Origin: a virus
Lineage: Duplodnaviria; Caudoviricetes
DNA length: 63,323 bases
IMG/VR virus record: IMGVR_UViG_3300047457_000456
Location: 1 to 63,323 of that record
Direction: 5' to 3' (one strand)
A program made the position numbers and the translations under genes. How positions within the stretch are numbered: the first letter of the stretch is position 1; every line of letters starts with the position of its first letter. Under the pieces are notes generated by a model that searched no databases, was not told the origin of the DNA, and was given only the letters and a program-made list of their open reading frames with translations. Below are positions 16,502 through 28,000 of this stretch, piece after piece.

Positions 16502-16919
16502 ATTACTAGCAATCCTGTCACAACTACCAAGTTCAATTCCTTGGAATGAAACAAGCGAGACTGTTTACCGTGTAGCCATTCACGGATTAACAGATGACGA
16601 CATTAAGCGTGGGATGCAACGAATACTTACACGTTCTAAGTTCAGGCCTACACCTTCAGAGGTTCTGCTTAGCGTCGCTATTGAAAAGTATGGCGATTAT
16701 CAGCCTCAAGGTGTAACAAATGAGATCAGCGATGCGATTAGAGTAGGTACTCCAGTAAATAAGTTACACCCCACAGTCCAGCTTGTTATTCACAAGACAG
16801 GTGGCATGAAGGCATGGCGAGTTGAGCCACCAGTCAAAGGCCAACAACTCGCAGAGATTACACATGATGTATTACTAACTAGATTGACGGAGTATATGAG
16901 TGAGCAACGAGGTAGCTAG
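16485..16919 (+). CDS. Putative helicase loader/inhibitor
   Basis: SKFRPTPSEV motif; position between initiator and DnaB. Confidence 0.6.
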   Translation: MTTTDKLLAILSQLPSSIPWNETSETVYRVAIHGLTDDDIKRGMQRILTRSKFRPTPSEVLLSVAIEKYGDYQPQGVTNEISDAIRVGTPVNKLHPTVQLVIHKTGGMKAWRVEPPVKGQQLAEITHDVLLTRLTEYMSEQRGS

Positions 16920-18282
16920 AAGCTTAGGCTTTAACATTGAGATTCCAGCGGATGTTATGAGTGAGCAATCACTCATAGCATCTATTCTTTTAGGTGGGAA
17001 TAAGTTATACAAATCCATGCAACGCATAGACAAGTCAATGTTCTATCGTGTTGCCCACAGCCTTATATGGGATGCATATGGTGCCATTGATAAAGCTGGC
17101 ATGGAGATTGATATCGTTACGGTTAACGAGGAGTTAGTAAAGCGTAATGCACTTGAAGCATGTGGTGGACTTAGCTACATCATGCAGTGTGCTGAACTAC
17201 TACCAACAACGGGACACTGCAACAGTTATGCCGATCTTGTATGGGAATACCACAAGCGTAGAGAGATTATCTTTGCGTCAGAGTATGCAAGTAAGCGAGC
17301 ATCCATTGGTGATGAAAGCACAGAAAATATAATCACTGATTTAAATAAATCTGTTACATTCATCCAATCCGGAAAGGCTGTAGACGATTTATCTGCATTA
17401 ATTTCTGACATTACAGACGAGGCTATTCATAGGACTGAAGACAAAATAGACTTCAGTGTTTCTAGTGGATTCATAGAGGTTGATAGTATTACTGGTGGCT
17501 GGCGTGACGGAGAGTTGATAATTGTCGGTGGTCGCCCATCAATGGGTAAGTCCAGTCTCGGTCTTCAGTATGCATGGAATGCAGCTCTGGCATTACGCAA
17601 GGAAGAGAAGCGTACCGGGGTTCTGATAGTTAGTGCAGAAATGTCTAAGGCTATGGTCACTGCTAGGATGCTAAGCATATACAGCGGTGTTGATAGTCAA
17701 GCTATTCAGTCAAAGAAGTTATCTAATCATGATAAGGACAGCCTGTCTGTCATAGCTAGAACTGCAAAGAGTTTAACCATACAAGTTGTTGCTGATCAAA
17801 CGGTTACACTGCAGTCAATCAGGGAAGCAGCGAACAGCATGAAGAAGACTGCTGAGGTTGGCGTGATTGTAGTGGATTACCTGCAGATGATAACTATGCC
17901 ATCCAATGTCAAGTCAGAGAATAGAACTAGGGACATCGGCGTAATCAGCCGTGGGTTGAAGGATATTGCCCGTGAGTTCAACTGTCCCGTGATCGCTCTG
18001 TCTTCACTATCTCGTGCAGTAGAGCAACGTCAGGACAAGCGACCTATGATGTCAGACTTACGTGAATCTGGCGACATTGAATCAGATGCAGACGTAATCC
18101 AGTTTATCTATAGAGCTGGATACTACGAGAAGAAGCAAGCCGATGACCACATGGATGATATTGACAAGGCAGAAATTATAACAGCCAAAAATCGTAATGG
18201 TAGAACGGGCGTATCACTGCTCAACTTTGAGAGTAAGTACGCCCGGTTTACAGACTTTAGTTCAGACGACCTGTTTCTTTAA
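16900..18282 (+). CDS. dnaB: Replicative DNA helicase
   Basis: GGRPSMGKS Walker A, VVDYLQ, SSLSRAVEQR, DLRESGDIE.DAD, KNRNG. Confidence 0.97.
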   Translation: MSNEVARSLGFNIEIPADVMSEQSLIASILLGGNKLYKSMQRIDKSMFYRVAHSLIWDAYGAIDKAGMEIDIVTVNEELVKRNALEACGGLSYIMQCAELLPTTGHCNSYADLVWEYHKRREIIFASEYASKRASIGDESTENIITDLNKSVTFIQSGKAVDDLSALISDITDEAIHRTEDKIDFSVSSGFIEVDSITGGWRDGELIIVGGRPSMGKSSLGLQYAWNAALALRKEEKRTGVLIVSAEMSKAMVTARMLSIYSGVDSQAIQSKKLSNHDKDSLSVIARTAKSLTIQVVADQTVTLQSIREAANSMKKTAEVGVIVVDYLQMITMPSNVKSENRTRDIGVISRGLKDIAREFNCPVIALSSLSRAVEQRQDKRPMMSDLRESGDIESDADVIQFIYRAGYYEKKQADDHMDDIDKAEIITAKNRNGRTGVSLLNFESKYARFTDFSSDDLFL

Positions 18283-19047
18283 GTAGACTTTCTTTTGGTC
18301 ACTATTGACGATGCAATCAAAACCAAGGCTCCGAGCAACATCTCGGACAGGCGCATATGATTTGCCATCTCGTAGAATACATTGAACGGCCAGTACTTCA
18401 CCGTTAAGTACTGGCCCATCTTCCCAAGCCAATACAAAGTTATCCCCAAGGACAAGCCGAACAAAGTCTCTGACAGGAGCATACGTCTTGCCATTTTGTA
18501 ATAACGCGACAATGTGATTTTCTCCATTGACAATCTTCCAGTCCTGTCCAGACTGGATTAACGACCAAGGGCGGATGAAGTAAACTAAATCCTTCTTTCT
18601 ATTTCCAAATAAAGGTCTGTGTGCAACCTCATAACCATTCCTGCTACCATCATTGTTGCTATTGCCTTCAATAGATTTCCAAATACCGTTTTCATCTGCA
18701 CCTTCAACAACACCAATGTGAAACGCATCTTGCTGTCCATTACTTAACGTCTTGACTAAAATCATTAAGTCGCCAGCCTGTGGAGATCGATGTAATACAC
18801 CATTTCTTTTTGCAACCGCAAGCCACACATCACAGTCCGCGCTGAAACAGAGTGGCCAATCCAAGCCACTCTTGGTTTCCCATTCAAGCGCAATACCACT
18901 AACAAATGATGCGCACCAGAAACTACCAATCGGCGCATTGACATTTGTATTCCACCTGTCAATCAGTGGACCACGATTACTTCCAATTGGTTGTTCTTCA
19001 GTACCTATGTACTTTCTGGCTATGTCTACAAAAAGTTCTTTGCTCAC
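18262..19047 (-). CDS. Endolysin: CHAP amidase + C-terminal copper-amine-oxidase-N-like envelope-binding repeats
   Basis: WCASFV (Cys), HIGVV (His), SIEGN; two GK(T/S)YAPVRD repeats. Confidence 0.85.
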   Translation of the reverse strand: MSKELFVDIARKYIGTEEQPIGSNRGPLIDRWNTNVNAPIGSFWCASFVSGIALEWETKSGLDWPLCFSADCDVWLAVAKRNGVLHRSPQAGDLMILVKTLSNGQQDAFHIGVVEGADENGIWKSIEGNSNNDGSRNGYEVAHRPLFGNRKKDLVYFIRPWSLIQSGQDWKIVNGENHIVALLQNGKTYAPVRDFVRLVLGDNFVLAWEDGPVLNGEVLAVQCILRDGKSYAPVRDVARSLGFDCIVNSDQKKVYLKKQVV

Positions 19048-22000
19048 TATTTATTCACTCCACCTTCTCCAAAACCAGTTAGTACACCGCTGACACCAGA
19101 GTCACCAAGTACATCAATAATATTTCTATACTTAGCACTCTTCCTCATTTCTTTTAACTTACTTCTATTCGTCCCGCCGTCTGACCTTGCGTCTAACCAA
19201 GCCTTCTCATATTGATCAGTTACATTTAAGTTAAGTCCAATCAAGTTAGCAGCTGCAAGTGCTGGCATGGATTCATAGTTTTTATCATCAATAAAGTACA
19301 ACTCTTCTCCCATAATAGCCCTCTGAAGATCAATGTCGTCTTCAATAGAATTCATCTGAGATAACTCGTTAATGGTAAACACAAGCTCTGTTGCAAAGCG
19401 TGATATTTCAGGTGGAGACATACGCAATATCTCACCAACAAGTGGTATGTTTCCATAACTTTCTAAAGCCTTCTTGCGCATTTCTCGGTAGCCTAAACTA
19501 TTTTCAAATGCAGCTCTACCTATATAGTCTTTGCCAGAAATTCCAGTTTTTAACAAACTCAGCAATGGACTCATTGCATTCTCTACATATTGAGTTAGAT
19601 ACCATTGCATAGTAGTGGCTATACCAGCATCACCAATCTTTGTTGGCCTAAGTGTTTGTCTAGTCATGCGACCCAATGCACCCGGCATAGATGAAGAATA
19701 TGTTTTTCCTTTATGTTCAAATGTCATCATTCCACTTAATGCGTCAGTTGCAGTATCTGCAATAAACTTAAACTTGTCAGGTTTTTCGTCTGAGTCTTCA
19801 AGTACAGTTGCAACTGCTTTACCAAATGCTAAAAGCTTTAACAAACGCCAGCCAAGTGGACCAACAAGTGACGATGCAAAACCAGTGTAGAACTTACGTT
19901 TAATATAGGCATTTGCGTAACCACTAAATTCTGGCGACCCCATTAATACACGTTGTTCTGTCTGAGTGTTAATGCGAGTATTAGAACCAGATAACTCAAA
20001 ACCCTTATTAACTAATTGTTTAGCTCCTAACAAAATGTGGCCAACACCCGGAGTTAATACCATTCGAGTTTTTGTATATGGCGCAGAAAAGAATAACTTT
20101 GAGAATGCTGACTGCACTTTGTTTAGCTGATCACTATTACTAAACTGACCTTGATCATTACCGCCAAGTAAGTTTACTGACCAAGCTATATCTTTCAGTA
20201 ATCGTTGTTGGAATTGCTCCTGTGTACCAACAAAGTCAGCAGGTCTTCCAACTTTAATTACATTTTGATATTCATCTTGGAACGCCATGATTTTTGCAAG
20301 GTCCTTGTAAATCACGTTGGTTCGTTCAAAAGCTGACAATCCCGGCGCAATCTTTTTGAATACTGCGGTAATGTGACCTTCACCAAGCATGTCATCAAAT
20401 CGTGAGTTTAAAGGTATATCTTCCTTACGGATGTCTGGATTTTCACCCAACGCTTCCTTGAATAAATTAAAGTGTTTTAGATAATCAAGGCTTAAACCAT
20501 ATGCTTGCATATCTTCAAGTGATAAGTCAGGCACAAAGTTTAGTACAGTCTCTATAGCAAGATGTACAGCCTTATCACCAAATGCTGTATCTCCAGCTTG
20601 CGCTAAAGCATGCCTTGGATTAGCAATAGATTGCTTTAAACTTGGAAGGTTTGGAGCCATTCCGATTATTGAAAGTGCAACACTACTCATCATTGGTGGC
20701 CGTTTACCAGACGCTAATGACATAAAGTCACCTAACCAGTTAGCATTCAAGTAGCTTTGGTTTGCCATAGCTGATAAGTCGCGTGATAACTTTGCAATGC
20801 GAACAAGAGAGTCAATCTCAAGCAAGCCTTGACCAATGCCATTTGCAGCAACCTGTGCTCCTTTGCCAAGTTTTGTAATAGTTTTTGCTGCATTACTGCC
20901 AGCTTTAATATTCTTTGCCCCATTTGCATCTACAGATACTTCAATGCGATCTGGGTCCATCGATGGGTCTTCATCTAGTAAGTTAGCAAAATCTACGTCT
21001 GGATCTGGTTCCATTGCTTCTTTGACAAGTTGCCCGATGTCATCTGGGTTAGGATTATTACGCAACATTTCAATATCGCGTTGACTAAATCCGTTGGAGA
21101 ATAACGTTAATCCCCATGTTTCATCTGCATCATCAAGTTTAGAGGCGATAGTTCTGCCCTTACTCAATACCTTTCCGTTAGCGCCTTTACGCTCTTGTCC
21201 TGTTACTGTACGTAACTTTTCTGCAATCGGTGCATTCTCATTCATTGCTTTCTTTACAAGTATCTTAGCAATGTGAACTTCAGGTAATGATATGCCAGCT
21301 GCGTTTGATTGATCAGACGCAAGTAGTCCACCAAGACCTAACTTTCGGTTCATGACTGCATCTTCCGTAAATGGAATACCTCGATCACGAATACGCCAAG
21401 CATCTTGGTTTTTATCCCAAAGAACCTCAAGCGTTCTAAGCGTAACTAATTCACCCGGAACAGGATTTTTAAATGCTGACAAAATGTCATTTAAGTTCCT
21501 GAACTTAGATGGCATATCGACCTTGCCTCCAACATATTCATTTCTATGTGGTAGTGCAATGGTTATGATTTGACTATCAGGCTGATTAGGATCTTGTGTG
21601 CTTTTCATTGCAGCAGATAAGGCAGTCAGTGATTCGGAACCACCAACTAGCAAGTTTGTTTTTGGGTCTAAGAAGTCTTTTGGCAATATAGAATGTGGCT
21701 TAGTTGTGTCCTGTGGACTCAAGTAAACATATGTTTCCGTTGGATAGTATTCTCCATCTTGTGTTTGAGATACTGCACCAAACAAACGTTCGTCATCTGA
21801 TAATTGACCATACTTACCAGCACTGTCCGAAATCATAGCAGTTGCTTTAAAAAGACTTGTTCCAGTTTCAGACGTTTTTGATAATGGCCTATCACTGAAA
21901 ACCCACGATCCATCAACTTGATTGCGCTCAGCTAGTACAACGCGTCCATCATCTGGATTAACTGCGTAGTATGGTTTTAAACCTTCTGGTTTTTTAACAG

Positions 22001-25000
22001 TTGCTAATGCTGCACGTTGTTCTGGGCTAAGATTGGCATCAGAAACCTCGCTGATAATTAACCAAGGAGTTGTCCCGCGCTTTTGTGTTACATCAACAAG
22101 TTCATACTTTCTCCATTCACGTAATGCACGAGCACGGAATGCAGCATCAGCATTCATTCTTTGAGCAAATGAAACAAAGTCTTTGTATACGGAGGAGTCT
22201 TGACCTAAAGGATTCTGTAACTTTGTAAGCAAATCAGTCATTGACGTAACGCCAGTTTGCTGACCTAAGTCAATATAACGTTTCATGATGTGAGACAAGA
22301 TTATGTTTTGATTACGGACGTTAGCTAAGTTAGTATCATCCGACTCAGTAAGTCTTGACAGGTAATCAAATATTTGCCGACCGTCAATAGGACCATTAAT
22401 GGTTTCTGAATATCCAAACGGAAGGTTGTTCTGTAATAGTTCTTTAATAGCTGCAAAGTTATCAATGACTTTGAATACTCTATTACCTGAAGTAACAACA
22501 CCTTCTTTTCGATAATCAATACTACGAGATTGAAGTAATGCATCAAGATCAGCAGCATCAACACCAAGTGCAATCATTCTGTTTGTAAAATCTTGGATTC
22601 CCCTTGACTCACGCGCAGCTTTACTCATCAGCGCTAATCCATTAGCTACATTGCCATTGCCTAAACCGTCAGCTAAAAGTAATAAATCTCCAGCAATTTG
22701 CTGTCTAAAACCAATTCGTACATCACTTTGCCCATTGCCAACTAAGTAAATATCTGGTGTTGAAAGATATCCATTACTGTCTTTACGACCATAGAAAGTA
22801 GCGTTGGTTTTATTTGAGCCACCAGATAAAGCCATTCCATCTGCACTTCCACCAAATAGGCTAAGGCGTAAATTATTAAATGTATTCTGCAAAGCTATAA
22901 ACTGAGGTCTAACATCTGCACCTTGCGCATCTTTCAATCCTTCAATTAAAGCATTGCCCCACTCTAACTCGTTTGTAATTCCATCTTTATATATTTGCTG
23001 TCGTGCATTTACACCAGATGCTTCGACTGCAGGATCATTGAAATCCTCTGGGTCAAACCCCTTTGATGCTGCACGTGGTTTCCCACCAAGTACATTATCC
23101 ATATCGACAATGTCTGAGTTTAATGTAGCCGCAAGCATTGCTTCTGCAGTCGCAACCTCATCATATGCTGAGCGTCCAGCAAGCGCGTCAACCATCTTTC
23201 GTGTGCCACCGTAAAGTGAATAGATGATTGCTGATGATTGTTTTGAAAAAGCTTCATTGCTATATCCAGAAACACGTGTTCCAAATCCAGCCAAAGCTTC
23301 TGGTTTCAGCAAGAACTTATAGACTTTGTCTCCATCTTTCATTGATACGACATATGCAAAGTTGCCTTTGTTCATATCAACATTTCGAGTCACAACTTTT
23401 CCATCTTCAAGAACGCGATATTTAAGCTGAACTCCATTGTCAACAACTTGTTCTACAGCTGAATAGTTTATGTTCTGCACATTTGAAATGTCCGTAATTT
23501 TTGTTGGACTTGCCTCAACTAATCGTACATTTCTAACTGCTGTTTGATATTTGCTCGGTGGAGCATAAACCAATTCTTCAACTTCAACAGAAACATCTCT
23601 GTAACTCTTGCCGAATGCCCTGTTAAAGATAGATGCAAATCGTGTTCCGCTTACATCAATACGATCTGTTTTAGTAAGGGAGCCAGCGGTTTTAAATTGA
23701 CCATTAGCTTCCGTTAATGGAGTTAGATATTTAGACATTTCTGTCTCATCACCAACTGCAAGACGTATTAACCAACCCTTTTCTAAGGGCTGATGTGACA
23801 CCCTGCCTTTGTCATCTCTTCCATAGAACGAATCTCCACCTAAAGTCCATCGTGCTATAACGTTTGATCGCGTTACATCAACAGCTCCGTAATCAAGAGT
23901 CTCGTTCATAAATCGTATTGCAGCACCAAGCCTGTTGCCAAAACTACGGAATGCAGATGATGCAGCTGCACTATAAGCCCAGTTATCTGTACCAGCAAAA
24001 ACTTGCGGTGAAGACAACGCCATATTGGTAAGGTACGCAACAACAATTTCGTTAATTACAGGGTCAGAATACGTAACACTGTCTCTATCAGCAATGTCTA
24101 CCTCATAACGTAATTCGTAATCGGACTTTGACATTGTCTCCTTTGCCTCTGCAACAACAGCAGCTTCATCCTTAAGTGCTTTGTATGCTCTACGGATTGC
24201 GCCGTCTTTACCTTGGCTTTTTAATTTATAGTTTTCAGTAGCCCATGCCAAAGCGTTATTGGCAAGCTCATACTTCTGTTTCCAAGGCATTGTGTGATAA
24301 ACACCATGGGTTACTTCGTGAGCAAGTGCAAACGCATTACGTCCAGCATTAGAAGTTCTATTTAAGTGTAGAACCATATTAACAACGTTACGGCTTACAT
24401 CTTCTGAAATAGGATGAACCCTATGTATAAATGCCTCAGCTCCACGAATATTTGACCCAACAGTAAAATCCGCTGGATTTACTCCACTAGAAAGTAGACG
24501 AGCATTCAATGTGTAAAAATCATTTGTAAGCTGTGCAAGTCTGTGGGTCTGTAAAAACTCAGACAGATTATCACCAAATGCTCCATTAATTCCTGAGAAC
24601 AAACGCTTTACAATTGATTTTGGATTACCCTTGCCGTCAAACTCAAGGAGTGTATGGTTTGCTTTAACGTAATCAATTATCTGATCAATGATTGCTGCAT
24701 CATTAGGGTTTGTCGCAGAATCACGAACAGCTTTTAAAACACGGGCGTAAAAATCACCAGCTTCTACATTACCAAACTGGAGTTCGTGATCCATGACACG
24801 CATTGCATAACTACGTGCATTCATATCCCACAACAACGCTAAGTCTTCAGCCATAGATGACACAAGCGCACGTGCTTGATCACTTGCATTGGATGCAAGG
24901 CCAAGTGTTTTCTTAAATACCTGTGCCATGCCAACGCGGTTAGTTGCTCCCCACTTTGTAAGAACAACCTCACCATCTGGTCCAACTCGCCATGTCTCTC

Positions 25001-28000
25001 TGTCTCCGGATATACGTGCAGAATCTGCAATGCTTCCTTCTAAGAATGCAGCTCCACCTCTTGCTTTACCGGGCAATGGCAGAATAAAGTCGAGTGCTGA
25101 AATGTTTGTATTGCCATACTGACGTAACCACTGCGCTGTTTCGCGTAAGCTCTTACGCATTGCTACTACATCTTCTTTAGATACAGTGGCAGGTGGGCGT
25201 TTAGTATCAACATTATCTACTGCAATTTCCGCAAGCTTTGTAATAGCTTCCTGCATCTCAGCAAAATCACTACGTCTTGTTTGTGGGGCTGGGCGTTCGT
25301 TTCCTAATCCAGTTTCGTTATCAGCCAATACGGCTTCAGTGCCACCATCAATTTTTTCTAAAACACTCATCCGCTTGGCTTGATTAGCGTTGACCATTTC
25401 AAAAGTTTTCTTTGCTTGATCTCTTGCTGTTTCAGCAAGTGCAGCAACAGATTCATTTTTCATTGCGTCAGATTTAAACACGTTAGTTAAATCTTCAATG
25501 AAAGTCGCCATAAACTCGCCAAAGCCATTTTGCTCTAACTCTTGGGCGTATTTATCTCTGTTACTTACCAACATCTCTTGTAGTTCAGTGTTGTTAAAGT
25601 AATCAGGAACTTCCTCTAAAACATCAAACCATTCATTAAAACTAGCCAATCCAGTATCTGTATCAAGGTTATCTGTTCTAGCTGACCGCATTGATGCTAT
25701 CTGTGCAGTAACACCACGAGCTAAAGCATCGGCAGCATTTTGTAAGTCTGTAAGGTTACGTAATTTATTTGTTTTTGCAAAGTCAATCAAGTCTTTCAGT
25801 GATAGGTCACCAGATATCTTGTTTGTTTCTGTTAGATAGGTTCCAATCTGTTCTCTTGCACCATCAGATAATCCACCAAGTAATCTGTTTACAAACTGTA
25901 TCCTCTCTGCTTCAGGTAAGTTGTCAACAAAATACTTAACTGCTTGGCTATCAATTGTTGCTGGGTCACGGTCAGCCGAATATGTATTGGCAGAATCAAC
26001 AAGCATACGCTGAGCTACCTTAGCTCGGCTATCTACTGTTGTTCGCACAATATCCATATAGGAACCAGACTTTATTGCTGGCATACTCTTGAATGTGGGT
26101 TCACCAGCAATAGCCTTAATGGCAGTGTTGAACGTTTCAATGCTTTGATTCATCTCAGACTTAGGATCAAAGAACTGTTCTGATTCTGTAAGTCGCACTA
26201 ATAAATCAAGCTGCTGGTCGGTTGATAACTTAGATACATACTTCCACGCATTATCATTTTGTTTTGGAAGACGTTGCAAGATGGCACTAAGACCGACATC
26301 GATAGAACCCATTTGCTTTACGCGTAAAATAATACGCTCAGCTATTGGCTTCTGTACATCTGGTGCTAATCCAGCATATGACCTAGTGTTCTTAAGAACA
26401 TTTCCTACATGTGTTTCTAACTTGCCAGTCTTCCATGTACGTAAGGCATAGTTGGCAACTGTATTGATATCAGAAAGCGTTAACTCTCTTTGTATCTGTG
26501 TTCGTGGCACAGGGTTAGAGAATAAAATTTCAGATGCGTCATCAGCAATGAAACCAATTTCACCTGCAGTTAACCACCGTCGCAATCCATTGATGGCCTC
26601 ATTCTGCCTAATGACCGACGATGTATTAGTAACATCCGTTGCTGGTTCTGATAATACTGCTTGAACGATATGATCGTGACTATCAAGAGTGGAGTTCTGC
26701 AAAGCAGTAAAGATAATGTCCCCGTATTGGCGTGGAGTTAATCTTCTGCGTTCTTGAATGCGACGCAATATGACAGATGCTTCTTCTGCTGAATTGACAC
26801 GAGTCAGCTTATCAGCACTTGATGCAGCAAATACTTCATCAATATCAGCAATCTGAGATAAGAACTCATTTGCTTTCTGTTGTTCAGTACGTTCTTTACT
26901 GCGAGCTTCATCAGCTGCTCGCATTTCTTCGTTAGCTTTTCGTTGTTCCGCAGTCTGTCTTTTAAATGGGCCAGCAGTAGCTAACGCTTCATCATCTAGG
27001 TTAGCTAAATTAAAAACGTCATCTGTACTAAGCCGTTGTACATCTGCTGGTACTAATAGGCTGCTATGAATTAACGACGTAGGATCATCAAATCGACCAG
27101 CAAGTTTTACACCAACACCGTTCTCACTAACTGATACAACTACAGCACGTTTTGACTCTTCACGCAGAGGAGTTACACGTTTAAGGTCAGTGCCTTCCTG
27201 ATATGAACGAATAAGAACTACATCACCAACTTTAATTGGTTGTTCCATGCCTAAGTAATTTATAGTAGGCTCATCGCTTCCTTGTTTATTTAACTTTAAA
27301 ATGTAATTTCTAATTTTGTCTTCATATTTTTTACGTAAGTCGTCTGGATTTGGCGCTCTCTTACCTTGTTCTGGAATTAATTCTGAGTTGTAATTTTCGC
27401 GTAATCGTTTAATAGCTTTTTGATCAACGTCAGTTAAATGAATACGAACTAATGACGTAACATCTTTTTTATTCAGAAGCACATCTAAGTAATCAGGAAT
27501 AGTATTGCGAGCTTGATCTAATAATGTAGCACTCCAGCCATAAATACGGGCACTACTACTAAGTCCAGTAAGTGGCTCAAGTGGTTTATCTCGCATAATA
27601 GCACCAGCTCTTGATGCTTTTATCTGTCGAATAACTGCACCTGATGGTAGCTGGAACCAAGTAAAGTCGCCTTCTTGTCCTAAGTAACGTGCGTTGAATT
27701 GCTTGCCATTAATATTGACACTCTGTGGGAAGTCTCGAACATCTGCTCGTTTTTGCGCAGCATCAAGAAGAACTGCGTCAACTCTGTCTTGAAGTGGATT
27801 TCCTCCAGCTGTCATCGCTGATTCCACTTCTTGTAATATTCTAGTGCCTAACTCGCTCTTAGGTAAAATTTTCTGCAGTGGCTCTCGGCCAAGTAAAACA
27901 GTACGCGCAGTAGATGGGTCTTGGCTACCAATTGGCTGCGCCATAACATAAACGCCACCAACATCAAAACCCTTCACCGAATAACGCATACCAGCTTTCA

